Shown piece by piece: positions 28,593 through 37,800 of a stretch of DNA of 52,040 nt. The position numbers and the translations under genes were made by a program. This stretch comes from an uncultured archaeon (lineage in GTDB: Archaea > Aenigmatarchaeota > Aenigmatarchaeia > CG10238-14 > SCSR01). The stretch spans positions 1 to 52,040 of the forward strand of contig CAZYBR010000002.1 of the NCBI GenBank assembly GCA_964645905.1. Direction: 5' to 3'. Within the stretch, counting starts at the first letter, position 1; the number at the start of each line of letters is the position of its first letter. Under the pieces are notes generated by a model. The model searched no databases and was not told the DNA's origin. It saw only the letters and a program-made list of their open reading frames with translations.

Positions 28593-29645
28593 TTGGCTGA
28601 TTTGGAGAGCATATACAATGGAAGAACTGTATTCATAACTGGTGCTGACGGCTTCATAGGCTCTCATCTGGTCGACAAGTTGATTTCTCTCGGTTCTGAT
28701 GTGAGGATTTTCCTCGAGTCAACTCCACATAACCCAATCGCAAACATAGCCGGTCATTTAGGCAAGATGAAAATCTCTCGTGGGGACATTACAGACAAAC
28801 ATTCTATTGATATCGCACTGAAGTCATTGAAGAAGACATCTCAGGACAAGCCGATTATTTTCCATCTTGCCGCGCAGGCTCATGTCGGAGAGTCATGGGA
28901 GAGGCCGTTGGAGACGATGATGGTCAACACGATTGGAACTTACAATATTTTGCAGTCGATACTGGATGCAGAGCTGGATATCCATAGATTTGATTTTGCA
29001 GGAACAGCCGAAGAATTCGGAAACAATTCAGAGATGATAAATTCGACTGAAGAGGTGACCCATTTGCATGAAAGTTCGCCTGTAAATCCAACGAGCATAT
29101 ACGCCACATCAAAGCTAGCTGGTGATTTCCTTACATTGAACTTTTACCACGCATATAACCTGCCTACGGTGGTGGCAAGGATGTTCAATCATTTCGGTCC
29201 TCGCCAGAGTCCAAGATATGTCACAGGCGTGATAATTTCACAAGCTTTGTTGAAAGATCAGATTACATTAGGAAAGCTAGATCCTAGAAGAGATTTTGTT
29301 TATGTCGAAGACGGCGTTGATGCCCATTTGAATATAGCGGCTCATGGCAAGCCTGGAGAAACATATTGCTATGGCCACGGCAAGGATATTTCCATCAAGG
29401 AATGGGCAGAGCTTATTGTCAAGGTCGGCAAGAACATGGGGGTATGGGGCGACAAGCAAATAGTTTCAGATCCTTCAAGGTTCAGGCCAGGAAAGAGCGA
29501 TGTGATGAGACTGAAAGTCGGTTATGGGAAATTGCATGGCTTGACTGGATGGGAGCCGAAGACCAGCTGGGAAGAAGGAATTGCGAAAACAATCCAATGG
29601 TATGTTGATAATCAGCCGAAGTGGATTGGAATTAAGGATTGGTAA
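28593..29645 (+). CDS. NDP-sugar 4,6-dehydratase/epimerase (extended SDR)
   Basis: VFITGADGFIGSHLV and YATSKLAGD (YxxxK). 350 aa. The ORF begins with TTG. Confidence 0.7.
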   Translation: MADLESIYNGRTVFITGADGFIGSHLVDKLISLGSDVRIFLESTPHNPIANIAGHLGKMKISRGDITDKHSIDIALKSLKKTSQDKPIIFHLAAQAHVGESWERPLETMMVNTIGTYNILQSILDAELDIHRFDFAGTAEEFGNNSEMINSTEEVTHLHESSPVNPTSIYATSKLAGDFLTLNFYHAYNLPTVVARMFNHFGPRQSPRYVTGVIISQALLKDQITLGKLDPRRDFVYVEDGVDAHLNIAAHGKPGETYCYGHGKDISIKEWAELIVKVGKNMGVWGDKQIVSDPSRFRPGKSDVMRLKVGYGKLHGLTGWEPKTSWEEGIAKTIQWYVDNQPKWIGIKDW

Positions 29646-29672
29646 ATTATTGTAAGGTTCAATAGTTTATTA

Positions 29673-29689
29673 TTTTTTTCATTTTTTTT
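29673..29689 (+). terminator. Oligo-T tract, putative archaeal intrinsic terminator between convergent genes
   Basis: TTTTTTTCATTTTTTTT lies about 30 nt after the stop codon at 29645. Confidence 0.4.
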
Positions 29690-29724
29690 GCATCGTCTAA
29701 TTGACGGGACTTCTGAAATTTTGT

Positions 29725-29952
29725 CTAACACCTGGACTTTCTCAAAATCTTATCTAATGTATATATTAGCGGTTTTCTCCAGTCTCTTTCTAATTGAGTC
29801 CTTGCGAATTTAACAAGAGAACTTTCTTCCTTAGATAACTTCAATTTCTCAAGCTGTTTTATTTTGCTTAAAATCTCATAATCTCTGATAGCCAGCATTA
29901 CATACTTCTTTTTTTCTGTCTTTGTCAATGGAAATTTCTTAGTTTTTGACAT
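29725..29952 (-). CDS. Small lysine-rich hypothetical protein
   Basis: 75-aa ORF, strongly basic and predicted helical. No family recognised. Confidence 0.35.
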   Translation of the reverse strand: MSKTKKFPLTKTEKKKYVMLAIRDYEILSKIKQLEKLKLSKEESSLVKFARTQLERDWRKPLIYTLDKILRKSRC

Positions 29953-30092
29953 CAGCTTTTAATTTTATTTTCAACATTTAAACTCTTCTTCAATAAGCTT
30001 AATCACCTATTCCTATCCAAGTTCAATGGTATGTGATACCAGCAGAGAAAAGCGGGATTGGATGTAGTTTTCGTATTCTAAGAATCACCTAA

Positions 30093-31319
30093 TTATAATA
30101 TTGTCGGCGACGGTATAGGAATAATAAACTTCCCGCCTCTCTGCTTGAATTCCTGCTCCTGCTTAATAATGTCATCTTTTATGTTCCACGGAAGTACCAC
30201 CATGTAATCAGGATTGTCCTTGTGCATCTGTTCCAACGGGACTACAGGTATGTGCATACCAGGATTGTACAGGCCGTGCTTAAGCTGATTGATTTCCGCC
30301 AGATAATCTATCACGTCGGGACCTATGCTGCAGAAATTCAACAGGGCATTCCCCTTCGCCGGCGCGCCGTTGCCTACTATCCTCTTACCTTCTGCTTTCA
30401 ATCTCTTCAACATGTCTACAAAGTCTTCCATGACCTTGTTGACCCTCTTCGCGAATTCCACATAAGTGTCCAAGCTGTCCAGCTTCATGCTCTTCTCCAA
30501 CTCCAACAGCTCGTCTATTATGGCGTGGTTGACTTGCCACTTGCCGACAGACTTTTTCACGAATATCCTTATCGAGCCACCGTGTATTGGATTCTTTTTC
30601 ACGTCAAACAGTTCCATATTGAATCTCTTAAAAAGTACTATCAGGGGCTTTATGCTGAAGTACGATAGGTGCTCATGGTACATCGTGTCGAACTCCATCT
30701 TGTTCAGAGTATCCACCAAATATGGGAACTCCCATATCATCACCCCGTCATCTTCAAGGATCGCATTCAGTCCGTTTAAGAAACTGTCATAATCGTCTAT
30801 GTGCGCGAACACGTTCGTGCCTGTCACCACACCAGCCTTGCCGTACTTCAACACCTTGTCAGTCATCTTTTCATTGAAGAAATCATTGATTATGTCTATC
30901 CCGTCCGCTATCGCAAACTTTACCGTAGGCGACGGATCTATCCCAAGTACTCTTGTGCCAAATGACCTGAAACTTTTCAAAAGCGTCCCGTCATTGCATC
31001 CTATGTCTATCGCAAGCGAGTCCTTTCCGAGATCGAATCTTTTCACAGCTTCTTCTGCCATGTTCTGGAAGTTATCCCTCATCGTCTTGCTTACTGAAGA
31101 CAGGTAAGTGAATGATGCGAAAAGTGGCTTTCTCGATGCAATATATCCTAACTGCACATGGCCGCATGCATTGCAGAACCATACCTCCAGTGGAAATTTA
31201 GGCTCCTTTTCATTGAGCTGCTCTTCCTTAAGGAACGAATCTGCTGCAGGCTGCATGCCGAAATCCAGGAACTTGTGCAGGTCCTTGCTCTTGCATACCC
31301 TGCATTCTGTTATGTACAT
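30093..31319 (-). CDS. NDP-hexose C-methyltransferase (TylCIII-type, Zn-ribbon + class I SAM MTase + C-MTase C-terminal domain)
   Basis: 408 aa. N-terminal CRVCKS...CNACGHVQL zinc-binding domain, a DIGCNDG SAM motif and a long C-terminal domain. This architecture is characteristic of sugar C3-methyltransferases. Confidence 0.7.
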   Translation of the reverse strand: MYITECRVCKSKDLHKFLDFGMQPAADSFLKEEQLNEKEPKFPLEVWFCNACGHVQLGYIASRKPLFASFTYLSSVSKTMRDNFQNMAEEAVKRFDLGKDSLAIDIGCNDGTLLKSFRSFGTRVLGIDPSPTVKFAIADGIDIINDFFNEKMTDKVLKYGKAGVVTGTNVFAHIDDYDSFLNGLNAILEDDGVMIWEFPYLVDTLNKMEFDTMYHEHLSYFSIKPLIVLFKRFNMELFDVKKNPIHGGSIRIFVKKSVGKWQVNHAIIDELLELEKSMKLDSLDTYVEFAKRVNKVMEDFVDMLKRLKAEGKRIVGNGAPAKGNALLNFCSIGPDVIDYLAEINQLKHGLYNPGMHIPVVPLEQMHKDNPDYMVVLPWNIKDDIIKQEQEFKQRGGKFIIPIPSPTIL

Positions 31320-31754
31320 TCATTGTCCCCTGAGGATGCCTAAAATCTCTTCAGATGCCAGGCGTTTTTCCAATTTTATTATGTCTCTATAAGGATTATA
31401 ATCTTTTATCTCATAGGAGTCCGAGCCTTTTTTCATCTCGCTTATGATTGATTCTCCTATCGAGATCAGCAGATGCGGCACATCCTTAGGGACGTTGATT
31501 ATGTTCTCTTTCTGCGAGTCGAATCTTTTGGACTTGCTCTCATTCGGTTTTTCTGCAGATTCTGTCCATATGTAATCAACAGTCCCATCGAATATGATAA
31601 TATGGCTATCGTAAGGATGTGAATGTCCGCCTCTGATCGCACCATCTGAATTCAGAGTTATGGTCACGATTTCTTTGGAGCCTTGCTTGATTACGTTGAT
31701 GCTGCCTCTAGCATCAGTATGGACTTGATTTAGTGCAAGTTTTAATTCAGACAT
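31320..31754 (-). CDS. Cupin-fold sugar isomerase/epimerase-like protein (FdtA/WxcM-like)
   Basis: 144 aa. TDARGSINVI (the D-x-RG-x-L-type motif) and IRGGHSHPYD (the RG-x-H-x-H motif) are as in sugar 3,4-ketoisomerases. It abuts the C-methyltransferase gene with no spacer. Confidence 0.45.
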   Translation of the reverse strand: MSELKLALNQVHTDARGSINVIKQGSKEIVTITLNSDGAIRGGHSHPYDSHIIIFDGTVDYIWTESAEKPNESKSKRFDSQKENIINVPKDVPHLLISIGESIISEMKKGSDSYEIKDYNPYRDIIKLEKRLASEEILGILRGQ

Positions 31755-31782
31755 TTGTAAACTTATGTAAGTTAAATTTAAA

Positions 31783-33972
31783 TCAGCTTGTAACAGTCGT
31801 AGTTGAAGTATCGTTATATAAAGTCGAATTGACTGTATGCTTTACCACATAGATATTTGAATTTGTGTAATTGTTCTGGATTATGATAAAGACCGATTCA
31901 GAATTATTCAATGTAGTCTGCTGAATTGAAGAAATATTCTGTTCTCCTGTGTCAATGCTCCAAGATATGTTTGTCAGGCCCAAGTTATTTATCGTAACTA
32001 TTTCGGATATCGTATTATTCTGATTTTCGAACAGGGTCAGATGTCTTAGGATTTCTATCACCTTTACAAGTATCCTGTCCGCAAATGAAGTCGTAAAAGT
32101 ATTGTTGTAAGCTGTTATCTGCGGTTTGTTTATTCCTTGTGCAGTATAATTGTTGACTATCAACACTAAGACAGATTCCCCAGATGTTATATTAGTGACA
32201 TTATTGCTTACCACTGAAGGATTTGTTGCATTCCAATTGATGCTCTGGTTTTCTGGCCAGTTGTTCTTTATGAAGAATTGCAGAAGTCGGTTTGTAGCCG
32301 TCAGATTGATGCTGTCAAAGTCATTTATCCTTATGGCTTCCAGTGTCAGCGATTCATTGTAATAATCTGTAATGCTGCCTGAAGTTATGTTGATTATCAC
32401 TTCCTTTCTGCCGTCAGTAGAATAGTTTATCGTCTGCGACACAAGCGATGTCCCATTTGTGCCTAATGTCGATGTAGTGTTTGTGAACGTCTGTCCGTCG
32501 CTTGCTATGTACCATTCCACAGCTGAAGGCATCCAGTAGTTTTTTATTGTAAAGTTGACCATGCGTGTGTTCTCGTCTATCGAAGTGCTGTTGTAGTTTT
32601 CTATCTTTATTCCCTTGATTTCAAATTCTATCGATTCGGTATCATTGCCGTCAACCGAAGTTGTAGTGCACGAGAATGTCTTTATTCCAGGCGATGAATA
32701 GTTGTTGCTCATTGTATCTACCCTGCTGGCATTTCCTGTCAAGGTGAACGGTCCTCCAGTCAATCCTTCGCTGCACGACCAGTTAATGTTCTGTGAAGTG
32801 TCGTTCATGTTGCCCAGTATCCCAAGCTTGAATGTTATGTTCGATGTGTTCATGTTGCTTATTGTAAGATTACTTATAACAGCGCCGAATTTGATTGTAA
32901 CATTCTCAAAATCAATAGAGTTTATTGAAGACTTGCCGGTTACATTGATCCGATAACTTCCGGCATTGTTATAATTATAACCCGCTATTACCCAAATAGT
33001 CTCATTGCTTGTCAGATTGAAAGCTACGGTCGAGTTGACCTTGTTCGAACTTTCAAAGTCCACGCTCCAGTTCGCATTTGTTATTGTAGAGTTCTTTTCA
33101 TTTGAAAGGAAGAAGCTTATTATTCTTTGCTTTGCATTCGAATAAAGCTCTTTCAATTTGTTTACATCCGTTCCTGCATCGTTTGTTATTATCTTTGATG
33201 GTGCATGTACAGGACTACTGCCGTAGACAAACTTTGTAGTGTTTACATTATCCCCGACTATCTTGAGTATGCTTCCTATCTCGTTGTAGGAATAAACGTA
33301 ATTGATTCCTCCTATGCTTGCATTCGTTAATCTGTCCAAGAAATCGTAACTCATATTATACAGCCTGCCGTTGGCAGAATCATTTATTCTTATTATGTTG
33401 CCTATTGCATCGTATGAGTAGCTCAAGTTCTGGAGGTTCCCTGTCTTGATTTCGTTTATCCTGCCTTTATTGTCATAACTGAATTCTGACAGCTTGCTGC
33501 TATTGTATGTCCTGTTCGAAGGATTGCCGAAAGCATCGTGGGACGTGGAATTTACAAAACCGATTATTTTATTAATCTTGCTTTGATTGTCATATGTATA
33601 ATTTAGGTTTGTGCCAGGTGTGAATACTTGTTTCGCTATCCTGCTCATCGAATCATAATGAATAGTTCTGGCGAAGACAATACCGTCTATAATTTTTGTC
33701 TCATTCGTCAGTCTAAGTTTATCGTCATAGCCGTATTTGTAAGTAGAATTACCGAAAGTTATATTTGCTAAAGTCCCTTCGTATTGGTCGTCGTACGAAT
33801 ATGTTATGTTTGTTGTCGTCCCATTCTTGATTAAGATTCTGTTTAGTGAATCGTATGTTATATTCACCTGGTTTGTCGCAGAATTATAAGTAATGTCTTG
33901 AGTAGACGCTGATGTTATTTGTACAATGATTACAAGCGATAAAATTATAATTAATGGTAGTCTAATTTTCAT
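31783..33972 (-). CDS. Secreted surface protein: signal peptide + YD repeats + sequon-rich Ig-like repeat region
   Basis: Signal peptide MKIRLPLIIILSLVIIVQITSAS. At least six YD-type repeats (YSYDDQ, YGYDDKLRL, YTYDNQSKI, FSYDNKGRI, YSYDAIGNI, MSYDFLDRL). These are followed by about 480 aa of repeated beta-rich modules with very many N-x-S/T sequons. Confidence 0.7.
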   Translation of the reverse strand: MKIRLPLIIILSLVIIVQITSASTQDITYNSATNQVNITYDSLNRILIKNGTTTNITYSYDDQYEGTLANITFGNSTYKYGYDDKLRLTNETKIIDGIVFARTIHYDSMSRIAKQVFTPGTNLNYTYDNQSKINKIIGFVNSTSHDAFGNPSNRTYNSSKLSEFSYDNKGRINEIKTGNLQNLSYSYDAIGNIIRINDSANGRLYNMSYDFLDRLTNASIGGINYVYSYNEIGSILKIVGDNVNTTKFVYGSSPVHAPSKIITNDAGTDVNKLKELYSNAKQRIISFFLSNEKNSTITNANWSVDFESSNKVNSTVAFNLTSNETIWVIAGYNYNNAGSYRINVTGKSSINSIDFENVTIKFGAVISNLTISNMNTSNITFKLGILGNMNDTSQNINWSCSEGLTGGPFTLTGNASRVDTMSNNYSSPGIKTFSCTTTSVDGNDTESIEFEIKGIKIENYNSTSIDENTRMVNFTIKNYWMPSAVEWYIASDGQTFTNTTSTLGTNGTSLVSQTINYSTDGRKEVIINITSGSITDYYNESLTLEAIRINDFDSINLTATNRLLQFFIKNNWPENQSINWNATNPSVVSNNVTNITSGESVLVLIVNNYTAQGINKPQITAYNNTFTTSFADRILVKVIEILRHLTLFENQNNTISEIVTINNLGLTNISWSIDTGEQNISSIQQTTLNNSESVFIIIQNNYTNSNIYVVKHTVNSTLYNDTSTTTVTS

Positions 33973-33989
33973 AGAATCCTCTTGAAGTA

Positions 33990-34180
33990 ATTCTCATCAA
34001 TTCCTTGAACGGAGTGTAGATTGTAGTGTTGGCAGAATCGTTGCGCATTATCTTGATTCTTATTCCGAACGGGTCATAGGTGTAGTTCTCAAGTTGCGGT
34101 GACACCACTGAACTTACATTACGAATAATTGTCAACTGATTCAATTCATTGTATTCACGGTAATAACCATCGCTAGTAAC
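33990..34180 (-). pseudogene. Orphan rhs-core fragment (duplicate of 35907..36097)
   Basis: 191 nt with 152/191 identical positions by my ungapped hand alignment, including a 34-nt perfect run, to an internal part of the large RHS gene. It encodes SDGYYREYNELNQLTIIRN...YTPFKELMRI, then diverges and stops. Confidence 0.7.
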
Positions 34181-34232
34181 TTTTAACCCAATCTTTTTAA
34201 CTAGTCTAAACCAAATAATATTTGTTGACGCA

Positions 34233-34436
34233 ATGAAAGAAGACTCTAAGAAACTCACCATTGCAGAACAAATAGTATTGGTGGCATTTGCTGTTGGTGG
34301 ATATATGATACTGAAAAATATAGCCGAATTATATTTAGGAATTACTGGTGTTTTGGTATGGGTTATTTCAGGCGCTATTGGTGGTGCTATAGGTTGGTTA
34401 GTTTTGAAGGTATTCAAAACGATAAAGAAAAAGTGA
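34233..34436 (+). CDS. Small two-TM glycine-zipper membrane protein
   Basis: 67 aa: charged ends (MKEDSKK... / ...KTIKKK) and two hydrophobic helices (IVLVAFAVGGYMIL; GVLVWVISGAIGGAIGWLVL). It is more protein-like than the antisense 181-aa ORF, whose N-terminus is a Pro-rich mirror of the Gly codons. Confidence 0.5.
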   Translation: MKEDSKKLTIAEQIVLVAFAVGGYMILKNIAELYLGITGVLVWVISGAIGGAIGWLVLKVFKTIKKK

Positions 34437-34506
34437 TAAGATTTATTCTCAGTTATAAAGTTCTTTTCGTTTGAGTCACTTGATAAATTGAATAAAATTT
34501 GTTTCA

Positions 34507-34842
34507 TCAGTTAGAACCTCCATACCATTCACAAAACTCATCAACATATGTAGAAAAAACTTTCTTTTGTTTTTCGTTTTTAAATCTGGCAGAAATAATA
34601 ACTGCATTATGAGTAAAAATTAAATCTATATCAAAATTTACATTTTTGTAGTTCTCTAATATATCTTCAAACTTTGTTATATCGGTTTTGTAAAATTTAT
34701 CATCTGTAAGATATAAATTATAACTGAAACCACATTTTGACAGTAAATTGCCTAAAAATTCTCTTAACTTCTTATTCTTTTCTATAGTAATAGCCAATTT
34801 ATTTTTATCACGCTTCATCCCTAATATTTTAGGTTTTTCCAC
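34507..34842 (-). CDS. Putative immunity protein of the RHS toxin
   Basis: 111 aa, cytoplasmic-looking. Its GTG start is preceded by GGAGGTG at 5-nt spacing. It overlaps the last 14 nt of the toxin gene, which is the position typical of polymorphic-toxin immunity genes. No family recognised. Confidence 0.55.
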   Translation of the reverse strand: MEKPKILGMKRDKNKLAITIEKNKKLREFLGNLLSKCGFSYNLYLTDDKFYKTDITKFEDILENYKNVNFDIDLIFTHNAVIISARFKNEKQKKVFSTYVDEFCEWYGGSN

Positions 34843-37800
34843 TTAACCACCTCCAAATATTTTCTAATATGTTTGATTGTCCGTTTGATTGTTCTATAGT
34901 ACGGCTATATATTTCCGTTCGATACTCGCCAGTTTCTGGATACGTTCTAACAGTTCCATGGATCTTAACAGGACCGCTTTTATCCACGACAATTGTATCA
35001 TGATAATCTCCACTAAATGTTTTACCTTGTGGTGTAGTCATAGGTTTAGGTAATATGTCCGGATTAGTACTCATGGCTAGTGGACTACTTTTACTTACTT
35101 TGAAGTCAGATGGCTTATTAGAAATAGTTGATACAGATGTAAACATTTTATTCACACCGTATCCTAATGCCGCTCCTCCACCCCCGCCAAGCCCTTCTAT
35201 GAGCAAATCTTTAGGCTGTCCTAATCCTTGAGTTAAGGGCATTCCCGTTATGAAATTCCCACCAGCTATACTAGTTTGTCCACCAGCAATTCCCGCACCT
35301 GCTCCAGATAAAACTGTGGCGCCGAATCCAGTTCCAAATACAGCAGTACCTGCACCGAATGTTAACCCACCTATACCACCAGCGACAGCACTTACACCTA
35401 CTTCACTCCAACTAACTTTGCTCAAATCACCATTATTATGCCAAAGCTGTACCCCAAGATCAATTCCACCACCGATAAGTGCTCCTGCAGCTGCGGCTAT
35501 GCACATCGGACAATTGCCGCTCGAATCTGTGTATTTGTAAGGATTATTTAATCCATACGAAAATCTATTCAAACCTTGAGGATTGTAGAAGCTTTGATAA
35601 CTGTCTGATTGTGTAAATATTCCTAAACACGGGTTGTAATACCTCGCACCGTAATAATACTCACACGAAAAGTCTTTGAACTGACTTGTATAAAGTTTTA
35701 CATCAGCCGTTCCACCACCAAGCAACTCCCCATAAGGACTATAGAACGTATTCTCAACTACATTCCCATTCTGGTCTGTTATCAATGATGTGGAGCCTAG
35801 ATGGTCGGAATGGTAATAATATTTAGAAGCGTCTGGATTCACTCGTGCAACTAGTGTATTTCCGTCATAGATGTAAGTGAAATCATAATTTCCTGACGAG
35901 TTTACTATTCGCATTAATTCTTTGAACGGCGTGTAGATTGTAGTGTTGACTGTATCGTTGCGCATTATCTTGATTCTCTGTCCGAATGGGTCGTATGTAT
36001 AATTTTCCAACTGTGGCGATGTTATTGTAGAACCATTACGAATAATTGTCAACTGATTCAATTCATTATACTCACGATAATAACCGTCACCTGTTACTAA
36101 ATTCCCTCCACCATTCTGCACCTGCCTAATCAAGTTTCCAATCAAGTCATACGTGTAACTCCAATTTCCCAAATCTGGGTCTTGCAATGATATTCTTCTA
36201 CCGAGAGAGTCGTATCCAAATATAAAATTATTACCCAAAGCATCTGTAATTTTAATCAGATTGTCTGCTGTGTCATAATTATAATTTGTAGTGTATATGT
36301 CAATCTCGAAATTGAAATGCAGAACAGGATTATTATTGTATTCAAGAACATTAATTATTCTTCCATATGAATCGGTTACATATGTCTTCATGTGACCGTT
36401 CTCGTCATATGCTGTAACATTCCAATGATTGAAAGTAATATTTGTTGTGTTCCCGTCTGGATTTCTCACCGAGATTACACGTGATAAAGTATCATAGGTA
36501 TAATTGATGAAATCGGAATTATGAGTTGTTGTTAATCCTGCTGATGTTGGAGCAAAGTAAGGATTGCTCTCTGCTCTAACCCTTTCCATTCCGTCATAAA
36601 AGAGATTCTTCACAATTTGTTGGTTACCATCACTAGGTTTCTTAAATTGAATAAAATTACCCAACCCATCATAGTAAAAGTAAGTATCAAAGGTCTTGTT
36701 GGCTGTTGTTCTTTGCGAAATCTTAATCGATTCAGGCGCGGTTCCGTCAAAAGAATAATTGTAACTCTTTGTAGGCAGTTCATTCGAATCAAACGGCTGT
36801 ATCTCTTTAATCAATCTCCCGAATGTGTCATAAACGAAGTAAGTGTATATCCCATTCTGCTTCTTCCACAGCAAATTTCCAGTCCCTAAATCATACTTAA
36901 AGTCGGTCTGGTGATCCAATGCATTTGTTATCTTGTCGACGAAAGTGAATGTAGTATCTCTTAGTCCATATGTGTAACTGGTTTCACGATAAAGTGGATC
37001 TGTAACACGAATAACATTACCAAACCTGTCATATTCAAACCTTGTAATAGGATTAGCTCCTTTATCATTCCAATTCTCGACAGCAGTGACATCCCCTTTG
37101 GTAGCATTCCTGCCGTAAACCTGACCATCATAATGATACTTCGTTTCGCGAACCTTCTGATTATTAGAATCAAACAACAAATACCAGCTTAACTTGTCGA
37201 CAATCCATGCACTCGTATTGATAACATAAGAATAATTCTCGTACTTCTCGTCGCCTGTGGCATTCACATCGCCGAGGAAACTGCGGTAAATAACATTACC
37301 GAAACTATCATAAGAGTAAGTCACATTAGTTACCTTGGGATTGCCGACAGCACCATCGTGCAGATAATTAGTCTGAGAGACAGTGAAAACCTTGAAATAG
37401 CCAGCACTTGCATTAGTGTAATTGAACAGAGCTTCATCCCTTGTGAAAATATTACCAGAAGAATTGTAGATTGTAGTATTGTATTCCTTACCTTTCAATA
37501 TCTCGTCCTGATAAAATCTATGCGATATGATTGAACTGTCCGGCAAAGTTTCATTGACAATAGAGAATCCCCTGAAATCTTTTTCCTCGTAATCATACTT
37601 GCCGTCTGAGTAATTGTAGGAATAATTAAAGAAAGATGTGAAAGGCCCAGTAAGGGAATTGTTGTAGCTGACATTCTTTACAACAAACATGTTGAATCCG
37701 ATGTCGGAGACGGAGTCATTGCCGGCATTGTCAAAGTTGGTAGAATTAGCATAAGACACGGAAATAATCCTTCCAAGCTCTGTGGTGATGCTTCTAAGCA

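Noticed and set aside
33962-34507. 181-aa minus-strand ORF spanning the gap between the immunity gene and the YD/Ig-like gene
   Set aside because: Its C-terminal 62 aa are simply the duplicated rhs-core fragment. Its N-terminal 110 aa are low-complexity and Pro-rich (PIAPPIAPE), the mirror image of the Gly codons of the better-looking plus-strand 2-TM ORF. I treat it as fragment plus shadow ORF. The TGATG junction with the immunity stop leaves some doubt.
35250-35540. 96-aa plus-strand Pro/Ala-rich ORF
   Set aside because: It is antisense to the glycine-zipper region of the RHS tip, so it is a compositional shadow of GGN/GCN codons.
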